In this document: in pieces, positions 54,045 through 63,969 of the stretch
Layout of the letters: each line of letters begins with the position of its first letter
Numbering within the stretch: the stretch's first letter is position 1
The notes under the pieces: model-generated
Seen by the model: the letters and a program-made list of their open reading frames with translations, nothing else
Told to the model about the DNA's origin: nothing
Databases searched by the model: none
Assembly: GCA_002269645.1 (NCBI GenBank)
Contig: NIVC01001835.1
Coordinates: 37,046-101,045, forward strand
DNA length: 64,000 nt
From: Macrostomum lignano
Lineage: Eukaryota
Direction of reading: 5' to 3'
Made by a program: the position numbers and the translations under genes

Positions 54045-55331
54045 TTAAACTTTACTGGATGAATTGTTGATCATGTTAAGCTTCACCTTCCTCTCAAATG
54101 CATAGATAATGTACAAGTCCACGGGTGTTGCGTCAGTCCTCTCAATGTTAGTCACGATATTCACAGGGCTGTTATCAGTAGGCATTTGTCTGGCAGACAC
54201 ATCAGCGCCAAACATTGGATATAGAGTTCCATATTGAAGAGCTGTGATAGCAATTCCGTTGTTCTCTTTCACAGCCAAGTCGACCAACTCGCTGTAAAAT
54301 TTGCTAATCTTGTTCTGACTGAAATTTCCATTTTGTGGCAGTGCAGGGTAAAGATTATCACTGATTTCATGCTGAATGGACCGCACGTCTCCATGCATGT
54401 AGCGTATAATGCTATTTGGGTTTCTCATGCTAATAATAATATACCTTGGATTGCTGCATGATCCCTCTTTGATGCAGATGTTTGTTCTAGTTTCGTTTCG
54501 CTCATCTCGACACATGTAGGCTGTGTATGCAACATCAATGTCCTTCTCTATTGCCTTAAGATAATCTGCTTTTAGTGCAGTCTTTGGCTCAATGACTTCC
54601 AAATACAGCTCGATTCCGGTTAGCTTCACCTCCATCCTAGTGTGGTCCGCCCCAGTCCACAACACTCTACTGCGATCATCTCTAGTCATCTTAAAGGTGT
54701 AGCTAAAGTTACTAGTCAGTCGATTAAATGTATTACAGAATCCACTCATAAATCTCAGTGGTACAAATACATCAACAGACCGATACAGCGGGTTTTTAGC
54801 AGCATCATCAGCACCTTGCAATGCATAGTTGTATCTCTTCTTCCTCTTTTTATAGCCACTGTCATTGATGTCTCCTTCTTTTTCATCTGCAATAAAACCC
54901 GCACCGCTTCCCAACTGAATAAAATCAGGATTCTCGATCAAACAATGAGCGTCATAGACAATTCCAAAGTTGGCGATTCGCTCCAACTCAGTGCTCCCAT
55001 TCGATACACTAAACTCCTTGAACATGTACGCCCAAAAGTTACTGATCAGAGCCACATCCGCATCATGCTTGTCAACGTTAGCACGAGCCGCATCCGCACC
55101 ACCTTTTGTCTTGAATTGAAATGTCATATGGAAGCCGCTCTTAAAACTGTGCACACTAACCAAAGACGAACATCCATTGTATGTGAATGTCAGTGTTTGG
55201 CCAGGACCAAGATTAGTTTCATTCTGATTTTCCTGACTGGGAACTCTTACCTGAGTCGCTTTGATTGTGCTATCATCACTCAAAATAGGCTTGTTAATTT
55301 TGTAGAAAACTGGTGTCAGTGGGTCGTTCAT
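54045..55331 (-). CDS. Double-jelly-roll major capsid protein (428 aa), intact
   Basis: Size, position between penton and ATPase cluster, and pattern SDDSTIK...LISNFWAYMFKE...LERIANFG...VFVPLRFMSGFC...PRYIIISM...FGADVS fit Polinton/adintovirus MCPs. Confidence 0.8.
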   Translation of the reverse strand: MNDPLTPVFYKINKPILSDDSTIKATQVRVPSQENQNETNLGPGQTLTFTYNGCSSLVSVHSFKSGFHMTFQFKTKGGADAARANVDKHDADVALISNFWAYMFKEFSVSNGSTELERIANFGIVYDAHCLIENPDFIQLGSGAGFIADEKEGDINDSGYKKRKKRYNYALQGADDAAKNPLYRSVDVFVPLRFMSGFCNTFNRLTSNFSYTFKMTRDDRSRVLWTGADHTRMEVKLTGIELYLEVIEPKTALKADYLKAIEKDIDVAYTAYMCRDERNETRTNICIKEGSCSNPRYIIISMRNPNSIIRYMHGDVRSIQHEISDNLYPALPQNGNFSQNKISKFYSELVDLAVKENNGIAITALQYGTLYPMFGADVSARQMPTDNSPVNIVTNIERTDATPVDLYIIYAFERKVKLNMINNSSSKV

Positions 55332-55362
55332 TTTTTTAACTAAAAATAAAATAAAATAAGAA

Positions 55363-56574
55363 ATGAAGCGAAAAAGTACACAGCAGATATCTGAATTGGA
55401 GAAGCTAGCACAAGCAGAGAAACGAGTTACCGGGCTAATAAATAAGGAGCAACAATCCTACAATGAGTTTGTCCAAGCAGCTACAGAGTTTCATAAACCC
55501 GGGTATGGAGAAGCTAAGAAAAATATTGATCAGGTCAAAGAAACTATCGACGACATACAGGAAACCCAGGTGCAAAAGGCTTTGGGCAAAATTCCAGAAG
55601 CACCACAGATACAGCCGCAACTACAACAATCACAACCACAACAACCACAACCACAACAACAGCAACTAAAAGTGACAGATAACATTTTTGGACCAGTAGA
55701 GCGTGTAGAACATGATGGGAAATATATATTTGGAATAAGTATGTGGAGAAAAAATATTTATAATGAACCAGTGGAATATTATATCGACATAAATAAGAAA
55801 CATATTTCTGTTGTCAAAGGCTCGGAAACTAAGAGCATTCCTTTCACAGAAACCTTACTGAATTTTATGACCAAGAACCAAGAGAGAATCTCGGACAAAC
55901 AGCTAAAGAACTACAGAGATCTAGTGATTTTTTCTCTTGCTAGAGATATAGAAATACTAAAGGTCCCAGAAGTTCTGAAACACATGTACGATGGCGGTGT
56001 CAACCTGACTAATTTCAAAAAGTACAAGCACTTTAAACAATGGTTTGGTTTGCCAGATCAGGGGGAAGTCATTGATCAGATGAAATATCTAGAACAACAA
56101 CAGCAACCGCCACAACAGCAGCAACATTCCACAGAAGAACAAGTACTTAGTCAACTCGAGCAGTTAGACCCTTTGAAAGTAGCTGAATATAAAAATGATC
56201 ACCCAGATGCCTGGCAACTCTTAGAACAACACTCTCCAGATCGAATGAACAGAATCAAGCAAAGAGTTTTCACACCTCAACAAAGACAGGCGCCACATGA
56301 CAGTTCCATCTCTGAAAGTGAGCAGTCTTTTGCATCACCTCCCCAGCAGCCACAAGCCCAACCAACTCCACAACCTCAAGACCAACCGCCTTCAACTGGA
56401 AAAGGAATAGCTGAAATCTACAAGCGAGTAGCGGTTCTTCTAGGAGCAGCAAAGACCGGAATGAAAGATGAGAATAGAAAAGAGTTCGTTCACATCCTCA
56501 ATAAAATGCTTGAGAGAAAATACATCGATAAGAGGGCGAGAGAGCTTCTGCTTTCACGGTTCAACAAAAAATAA
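55363..56574 (+). CDS. 403-aa viral protein (coiled N-terminus, Q/P-rich linkers, C-terminal GKG...RVAVLLGAAKTG...E...IL helix), function unknown
   Basis: Long intact ORF; the C-terminal motif resembles a recurrent Polinton accessory gene (recalled pattern, not searched). Confidence 0.7.
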   Translation: MKRKSTQQISELEKLAQAEKRVTGLINKEQQSYNEFVQAATEFHKPGYGEAKKNIDQVKETIDDIQETQVQKALGKIPEAPQIQPQLQQSQPQQPQPQQQQLKVTDNIFGPVERVEHDGKYIFGISMWRKNIYNEPVEYYIDINKKHISVVKGSETKSIPFTETLLNFMTKNQERISDKQLKNYRDLVIFSLARDIEILKVPEVLKHMYDGGVNLTNFKKYKHFKQWFGLPDQGEVIDQMKYLEQQQQPPQQQQHSTEEQVLSQLEQLDPLKVAEYKNDHPDAWQLLEQHSPDRMNRIKQRVFTPQQRQAPHDSSISESEQSFASPPQQPQAQPTPQPQDQPPSTGKGIAEIYKRVAVLLGAAKTGMKDENRKEFVHILNKMLERKYIDKRARELLLSRFNKK

Positions 56575-56590
56575 TTTATTTCAAGTAAAA

Positions 56591-56968
56591 ATGCCACTTA
56601 TTTTCGAAAAAGACATTGACAAATACTATGACAAAGAGGAACTTAATCTCATTAAACGCGGATCTGGACTTTTCCCTGCAGGCCACTATCCAAGAAAAGA
56701 ACGCTCAGGGAACGGTCTTGCCGATTTGATCGCTCAGGGGGCCAAGATTTTTAAGGTCATTGGAGAGAACAAAGAGAACATCAAGAACGTTGCCGAAGCG
56801 GCTGGCAGTGTAGCCACAGCAGCCAAAAAGATAAAGGATACTGTAACACCTAAACAAGAGATTCAACCGCTGGCTCCGCTGGCCCCAAATCCAGACAATG
56901 TGGACCCTGCAGTCTATGAGAAGATGAGAGCTAGCATTAAAAAGGGAAGCGGTTTCAAATTTGACTAA
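56591..56968 (+). CDS. 125-aa basic protein with repeated GxG motifs; candidate protease-processed core protein
   Basis: ATG 56591 in AAAAATG context; RGSGLF, SGNGLA, KGSGFK motifs. Confidence 0.65.
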   Translation: MPLIFEKDIDKYYDKEELNLIKRGSGLFPAGHYPRKERSGNGLADLIAQGAKIFKVIGENKENIKNVAEAAGSVATAAKKIKDTVTPKQEIQPLAPLAPNPDNVDPAVYEKMRASIKKGSGFKFD

Positions 56969-57011
56969 AGGGTACTTTTCAAGGGTACAAGACATGTAAG
57001 AGTATAAGACT

Positions 57012-57110
57012 AGTCCCAAAATGACACATCTAAGTCCCAAAATGACACATCTAAGTCCCAAAATGACACATCTAAGTCCCAAAACGACACATTCAAGTCC
57101 CGAAATGACA
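57012..57110. repeat. 21-bp tandem repeat (AGTCCCAAAATGACACATCTA) upstream of the ATPase
   Basis: About 4.5 copies, directly visible. Confidence 0.85.
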
Positions 57111-57160
57111 CATCTTCTAAATGATTTATTATTTAAATTTTTTTTCAATCATAGAAAAAA

Positions 57161-57960
57161 ATGGACTTCTCAAACGACTTCAATCCTCACTGGACGCGTA
57201 ATCAGATTAAGTTTTCTCATCACGAGTCAATCCCGAGTCACTTCAGATGCATTGTTGTTGGTTCATCAGGTTCAGGTAAAACATTCAGAGTCTTTAACAT
57301 GCTTCTTAGACCTGGCTTTATCGACTATGACACTCTGCACATCTACTCTCCCACACTGTATCAAGATGAGTATAGAATGCTGATTGCAGGGCTTCAAAAC
57401 AAGCTGAACAAAGAGGACATTATTGCATGTTTTAATAACCAACAAATCCTTCCCAGCAACCCAGAAATTGTAGCTGCCGAATATGCAAAGCACCTCAAAG
57501 ACAATGAAAAATGGCAGAACATTAAAGTGTTCACCTATGGAGATCCACAGGCTGATCCAAAGACCAAACTTCTACCCCAACCAGATGAGCTAGAAAAGGG
57601 AGAAAGCATTTGATCGTCTTTGATGATTGTATGACAGGCCCACAGAAGCAGATAGAAAACTATTTTACAAGAGGGCGACATAACAATTGTAATGTAATTT
57701 ACATTGCACAGAACTGGTTCGAGCTCCCGAACAAAACAATTCGTGGGAACTGCAATCTGATTCTCCTGTTTCCAACCATTCCACAGGATAGGCTAAAACG
57801 ATTTTACAATGAGGTCATTGCGCCTGCCTATTTCATAAATCCAACAAAAAACTCAAGCAGAAAGATTTCACAAGAGGAATTCGTTAATCTTTGCTATGAC
57901 AAGTGGAACCAACCCTATCAGTTTGTCATGATCAACAAGGAAAAAAGAACTGTAATTTAA
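57161..57960 (+). pseudogene. A32/FtsK-HerA family genome-packaging ATPase, split by one frameshift at ~57603
   Basis: Walker A VVGSSGSGKT, Walker B LIVFDD, FTRGRH, IYIAQ, IRGN. Adding one A to GAAAG gives ...GEKHLIVFDD; may be intact in vivo. Confidence 0.9.
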
Positions 57961-57976
57961 AATTTGCTAATAAAAG

Positions 57977-58795
57977 ATGTCTATTAATTTTGCAGGTGAA
58001 TCCATTTCTGGCAACAGCGCTCTTACATCAGCTCAAATATCCATCCTTGACATGCGATATATCAACAGCGACGAAAAGATCCCAGAGATCAAACTGAATA
58101 AAAACAGACTGAAAGCCCTGGAGCGCTCCATGCACCAGTTACAAATAAACATGGAAGATCTCAGGCTTAAAGTAGCTAGGCAGAAGTTTGAAAGTGATAA
58201 GCTTTATGTGCCGTTGTTAAACGCAACTAATGAACTTAGGTCAGAAATAACTTCGGCAGTCTCGCAAATCAACAGCTTAAGATCGACAGTTAATCTTCTG
58301 GGAAATTCCACTGATAGACGGATGCGTATTCTTGAAGGAGGAGTTTTCACAAACACAGCTAAAGTGAATAATTTAGAAGAGTTCATGAACCAGTCAACAG
58401 CGTTGCATGATAGAATTAAAGAAAACGTCGCAACCAACACAGTTAAAGTAAATAATTTAGAAGAGTTCATGAACCAGTCAACAGCGTTGCATGATCGAAT
58501 CAAAGAAAGACTTGAAGCATTAGAGAGAAGCGATGTATCACACAGTAGCTATCTAAACGGAGTGTATAGCTCTTGGGGTAAAATACTAAGGAGGCTTGAT
58601 CGTCTGGAGAGAACACTCAATCTTCGTGATATTGCTATTGATGAAGCAGAATCTACTGCTCGTCCGGTCATGTCTACAGATCGAGTAGAAGGAGCTCTGG
58701 ACCCCGCCGGAGTAATCCGGCACGCTCTCAAACGTCAGCCGCCCAGCCGCTGCCTGCTGGACTCGCGATCCTCCGGCGTCACGAGAGCCGCCTAG
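57977..58795 (+). CDS. 272-aa coiled-coil viral protein with a 28-aa tandem duplication
   Basis: Intact ORF; 84-nt repeat (58367 vs 58451). Confidence 0.65.
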   Translation: MSINFAGESISGNSALTSAQISILDMRYINSDEKIPEIKLNKNRLKALERSMHQLQINMEDLRLKVARQKFESDKLYVPLLNATNELRSEITSAVSQINSLRSTVNLLGNSTDRRMRILEGGVFTNTAKVNNLEEFMNQSTALHDRIKENVATNTVKVNNLEEFMNQSTALHDRIKERLEALERSDVSHSSYLNGVYSSWGKILRRLDRLERTLNLRDIAIDEAESTARPVMSTDRVEGALDPAGVIRHALKRQPPSRCLLDSRSSGVTRAA

Positions 58796-58886
58796 ACAAC
58801 CGGCGGTGCAGATGGAATTATCAAAAAGAAAACAGATCTTTCAACCGGGTAGTTTTGTAATTTTTTTATTTTTTCTAGAGAAAAAA

Positions 58887-59618
58887 ATGGCCCAACAAAA
58901 TTCTCTATACGATCAGTCTCAATACGTTGAACCTAAAATACCGACAGCACCAAACCCAATGGCACCGAATTCGAACACACAAAGCCTGAATGCACCGAAT
59001 CTGAATGCACCTCAATATGAGCAACAAAAACTCTACCCCGTCATTACTTGTAACTCTCAGCAGTTTCGACTAGTGGAGATTCAAAAAATGCGAGATGATC
59101 TTGAAAAAAATATTTTCCACAACACAAAGAAAATTAAGCGCTATGACAGCCACTGTAAATTTTTCGACTACAGCAATATGATTCTAGGATCTGTGTGTGT
59201 TCTAACTGGGTCTGCTGCAGCTGTCTCAGTGTTGCCAGTCATCACAGCCCCAATCGCAATCCCGCTCGGCTCTGCTGGTGCTGCATGTGGACTTATTTCA
59301 GCAATTACTGGAGCATTAGCGCGAAACAGGCGAAAAAAACTAAAGCAGCTACAGGAGAAGCAAGTAAAAGAGAAAGGGGTGCACACATCAATCATAGGGT
59401 ACATTTCAAGGGCAATCGAGGATAAGTTCATTTCAGAGGATGAGTTCAAAACCATTCAGGATCTTTATGAACAAACAATTCGAATGAACTTGAACATGGT
59501 CGGTACTGATGACATGAGTCAGCTGAGAAATGAACTCGAGAAATTTCTTCAACATTATGTGGAAAGAAAGTCGGCAAGAAATTCGGCAAGAAGGACAACG
59601 AGAAATACACCACAATGA
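58887..59618 (+). CDS. Viral membrane-associated protein (FRL..I coil, hydrophobic hairpin, ..ED.FISEDEF.. tail), 243 aa
   Basis: ATG 58887 in AAAAAAATG context; two Gly/Ala-rich hydrophobic segments followed by a basic RNRRKK stretch. Confidence 0.7.
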   Translation: MAQQNSLYDQSQYVEPKIPTAPNPMAPNSNTQSLNAPNLNAPQYEQQKLYPVITCNSQQFRLVEIQKMRDDLEKNIFHNTKKIKRYDSHCKFFDYSNMILGSVCVLTGSAAAVSVLPVITAPIAIPLGSAGAACGLISAITGALARNRRKKLKQLQEKQVKEKGVHTSIIGYISRAIEDKFISEDEFKTIQDLYEQTIRMNLNMVGTDDMSQLRNELEKFLQHYVERKSARNSARRTTRNTPQ

Positions 59619-59622
59619 ACCC

Positions 59623-60046
59623 CTATGAAACACAGCCAAGAATAATTTCCTTGTAGGTCTTTCGTGTTTTGGTCATTGCATACAAAACAGTCATGCACAG
59701 CTCACCGCAAATATCACTGCTAAGACCTTGGAGAATAAAGTCTGAGCGATAAATTTTTTTATTATTTTTTCCCTTCATATAATTTCTTAGCTCTTCTGGT
59801 ACTGCCGTCCCATAGCTATCGAAGTAATAACACTTGTGCTTGCGATCGGGATCAATCACCCAGCAAACCCAATGAGATCCTGGCTTATCGGTGGTGTCAA
59901 AGTTCATGATGAACTTCCTTTCTTTCCTTTCCTTTCCTTTCCTTTCTTAGAGGAAAATCAGGCAGAGTGTCCCTCATAAATATTCCTCTAAAGTTTGGGA
60001 TTTCCAGTTCGTTAGCCAAATCTTCAAGAAAGTTATTTGTCGTCAT
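59623..60046 (-). pseudogene. Adenain-like (adenovirus/Ulp1-type) cysteine maturation protease, frameshifted in an (AAAGG)n tract
   Basis: N-part MTTNNFLEDLANELEIPNFRGIFMRDTLP; C-part NFD...GSHWVC...YYFDSYG...LQ...ICGELC (H/D/Q/C catalytic set). Confidence 0.88.
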
Positions 60047-60140
60047 TTTTATGAGGTTTATTAAACTTTCTCTTAAACCTAAACCCAATCTCCTAATCTC
60101 CTAATCTACAGTGCCCGAGTCTAACCTCCAGTGCCCGAAT

Positions 60141-63100
60141 CTAACTCCCACCTCCTAAACCTAACCTCCAATGCCCGAACGGTAGACTGTTAATATTGTC
60201 ATCAAAAATGAATCTTTTATTATCTGCACCTGACAGTCCAATCTTTTTTTGCTGAATTGTGTGAATAATATGGTTTTTGGATTGTAGCTTTGAGAACTCA
60301 TGTGATGTCTTTTTGTTGCAATTCAAGGCGTCTCTGTATTCAGCTTCATTAATTTCCTTCCTAACCACGCGTTTCGGAATTCCCTTTGATTTTTTAATTG
60401 GGTCTGACGACTCACATTTTACAAAATAGGACTTTGCTCTCAACCCAATGAATTCAGTGATTATGTCACCAGCAATCTCGTCCTTCATTTTCCCAATCAC
60501 TTTCTTGTTAGTGGCGTCAAACACTTGATCGCCATTCTGTGTCCTGAAAGATTCATCATACTCAGACAAGTCAAACAAATATTTTTGCTGCAGCATGTCC
60601 TGATAAATGTCTTCTGTTTGAATGTCCATAATAAAACTGTCTGTGTCAGTGTACAAGAGTTTTATTTTATCCTTGTACTGCTGCTTCATGTCATAGAAGA
60701 ACTGGTACATCAGACGTTTTGATTCGTCGAGAACAGTGACACCTGTATAGATCGGCTTGCGCAGCGTCACCTTGGTTTTGTAAAATATGATCACACCTAA
60801 GTAGCTATTAAAGATATGGAGTTCTTTGAATGTTGGCTTTGACATATTTGCCTGAATAACAGCAGGCTCTGATGAGGTAACAAGTTTCAGGTTTGTTCTT
60901 TTCCGCTCATTCTCAAGAGTCTTGCCATAGACAGAGTTGTTGGCCAACTTAAAGAGGTTCTTGTCAAAGTCGTTGGTTGCTTTGGTCCTAAACTGGGTGT
61001 TCTTATCAATGTAGGGTTTCATCCACGCTTCCTCTGTAAATGTAAGAGCCCGGTGAACTTTAGTGACCCTGCAACCAAGTGAGATAAAATACTGAAGCAG
61101 TTTGTAATGGATTTTGTAACGTGTCTTGTTGTTTAGATTCTGTGTTAGTTTCTCTGTATGTTCTTTTTCTGTTCCTGACAGGTGCCAAGTTCCATTATTA
61201 TCATTGGGAGTTTCGATTATTTTCGGGCACTTGATGTTCTCTGGGAAGGGTGGAAAGTCAGAGAAATAGTCGTGAAGCTCTGGTGGAATGTAAACATCAA
61301 CCTCATAAATGGCAGCCAATGAAAAGTCCCACTTTAGTTCTGATGAGGGTAGCCATCGAAAATCTCTAACTGGAAGATCTTGACTCATCGCCCAACCGTA
61401 GAGATTATTAGCGTCCAAGTAAGTAATGTAGTTTGAGGGTTGCTCCTTATTGTAAGATTCAATGTAGGGATTGTTTGCTTTTGCATACCTGTTAACGCAA
61501 ATTGAGATCCCCCCTCGTTTTGACGATTCGACAAAATTGTACATGTCAATGTCTGTAAGAAGTTCAATGTACCAATCTGGATCTTGATCCATTTCATTTT
61601 AAGCAAAGATTCCCAGCTAGTGGCAGGCAGAGACACATAATGTGCTGGATCGAGGCCATATGCTGTGTACCAGGTGTATCTGAAGGTTTCAAACACATCG
61701 GCCAGCAGAAACACATCTGTGAAGAGGTAAAGCAGGTGATACTGGAAGAAGTTTTGACAATTAAAGTAATTATAGACATGCTTCGCGTGCTCATAGTCTT
61801 TGTCAGAGATTCCAGAGTCTGTTAGCTTTGAAAAGAACTTCTCCTGTGGTGGTAAACCTTCTTCAAATACGTGATACCCAGTAATATTTTCATAGGGGTA
61901 GAAGCCTTTCTTTCTTAAAAGTTTAAATGATTCATCAGTGTTGTTAATTTTACTTGCAAACATCTTTGTATATGTACATTGTTCATCTTTTAGATTCTTG
62001 CTTAGTTCGTCTAGACTGGCAGCTAGAAATTGATATGAATCCTTCAGTCTTATTTTACCTGTACCCGAATTATCCTGTTTAATATCAACACACTTAAACT
62101 TCTCCTTGTTCTCTGCGATGCAATCAAGGTGTATGTCTGGAATCATGCCGATTTTTTCAACTATTAAATGCATGTCATAGTTCTTTGCGTTGTGACAAAA
62201 TATCGTTAGATCATGAATGTTCAATTTTAGCTTTAGATTACAGGTGTTATGCGCTGCGCCTCTAAATTTCCCAGTAAAGTGGCAGTGGTCCCTAACGGTG
62301 GGGTTTTTTAAATCAGTGCAAGTTAAATGTTTCCTGCAGATGTGGCAATGAGTTGCTGATAGGAAATTGCTTTCATCCTCCTCAGACATATCTTATTGGA
62401 ACAGGTTGAAGGTGCTAATCACTTTTGCACTCTAACATTCTGGCAATAAACTGCTCCACACACTGCTCTCCAAAGAAATAATTATACTCAACAAGTCCTT
62501 TTGTATTAATAAAGGCATATGCTACTGAATTGGGGACATGTTTTTGTGTTTGAGTTTGTTTTTGTGTTTCCGGCATGATTGAGCATTCGAAATCAGCATA
62601 TACAACAAATGGGAGCTTCTCCATCTTGTGATAGTTCTTAAACGAAGATACTTCTCTTCAGCTGAAGGAAGAGAGCAGTTTGTTGGGTGATCCTCGCATG
62701 ATAATTCATGCTCTACTAGTTTTTTTAAACGCTCAGGTCCACTGTAATGCTTAAGGCACAAGCGGCAGATGGCAACAGCCTCGTGATGATTATTCAACTG
62801 TTTGTGAATGAGTCTTGAAAGATCTTTAATCCAAACATAGTGAGCCTCCTCTAGTAAATTACCAATCACTAGAAGATCCACTTCAGTCCGCCTTTTCCCT
62901 CGGATCTAAAACGTCTTTGCTACATCTGACCGGTTGAACTTTCTCAGTTTTTTCACTCCACTCAAAGACTGTGATTCTAATTTTGTTATTAAACACTTCT
63001 TCTAGCTTTGGGATTTGAGAGATCGCCAAACCTCCTTTGTCAAACCTGATTCCCTTCTTTTCGCATTCGATGAGATAGTAGTTGAAATAATTTTGATAAT

Positions 63101-63969
63101 TTGAGGTTCTTTCGGGGTGCGAGGTACACTATCATAAAGAAGTGCAGAAAGAACTGCCCATAGAGCACAGCAATTGTCTTTATTTTTAACATTTATGCAA
63201 GCTTTTTTGCCGGCAAGCTTGTGTGGGAGCTCTATATAAGAGGAGGCTTTAAGTGGGTCATATTTCATGACCATGACAGTCGCTCTTTGAATCCCTCCTA
63301 CGACCCATCCGGAACCTCTGGATGTAAACGCTTCAATTTTCTTATTGACATCTTGTAAGGAAAGGATCCAGTCTGTCTGTAGGGGTGAATGGCTTTGCCT
63401 TTGTTGTCATGTAATACTCGAGATGCTCAGTGGGTTTTGCAGGCATATAAAATGCAATCTTGAATGATATCTGTAGTTTAAAGGTCTTGCGTGTTTTGAG
63501 TGTGTGATCAACAACTGATTGGATGCTGTCTTTATAGTCGTAGATGTTTGCGGTGTATCCTTAATTGGGATTGTGTACTCTATGTAATGTTCTGTAAACT
63601 TCCTCTGTGCAAAATTAATCTCTTCAATGGCAAGCTCCGACTCTTTTAAATGAATTAATTGCTTTAATTTCTCTTGTTCCTGCTTATTTTGTGGGTACTT
63701 TGCTTTTTCACCAGTGAGAGTTTCGTATTTGTTAATTAAGTTGCGACTCCTCTCTTGGTGTTCCTTTGCAGGATTTTTTATAGGCGCGCATACTGGTTGG
63801 ATTTAATTGATTGATGATTTCCAACTGTTTTTCATAGCTTCCAGGTGACCAGGTCGTGTTAAACTTTTGCTTGCACGCTTTTCTTAGTAAATTACTTTTG
63901 TCTTGAAATGAGACGCCTTTTGAAAAATATTTGTTGACTAAATCTTTTTGCTGGATTAGCTTTTGGCAT
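60141..63969 (-). pseudogene. polB: Protein-primed family B DNA polymerase (TP/OTU-like N-region, exonuclease with endonuclease-VII-like insertion, polymerase), multiple frameshifts
   Basis: SRGSGW, SYIELP...INVKNKDNCCALWAV, HYVWIKDLSRL, VYADFEC, CHIC...VRDHCHFTGKFRGAAHNTCN, HNAKNYD, YLFTDVFLLADVFETFR, YLDANNLYGWAMSQ, KLANNSVYGK, YTDTDS. Putative ATG at 63969. Confidence 0.95.

Noticed and set aside
57590-57615. Programmed -1 ribosomal frameshift in the ATPase
   Set aside because: No canonical X XXY YYZ (Y=A/U) heptamer; a 1-nt loss in an A-run explains it.
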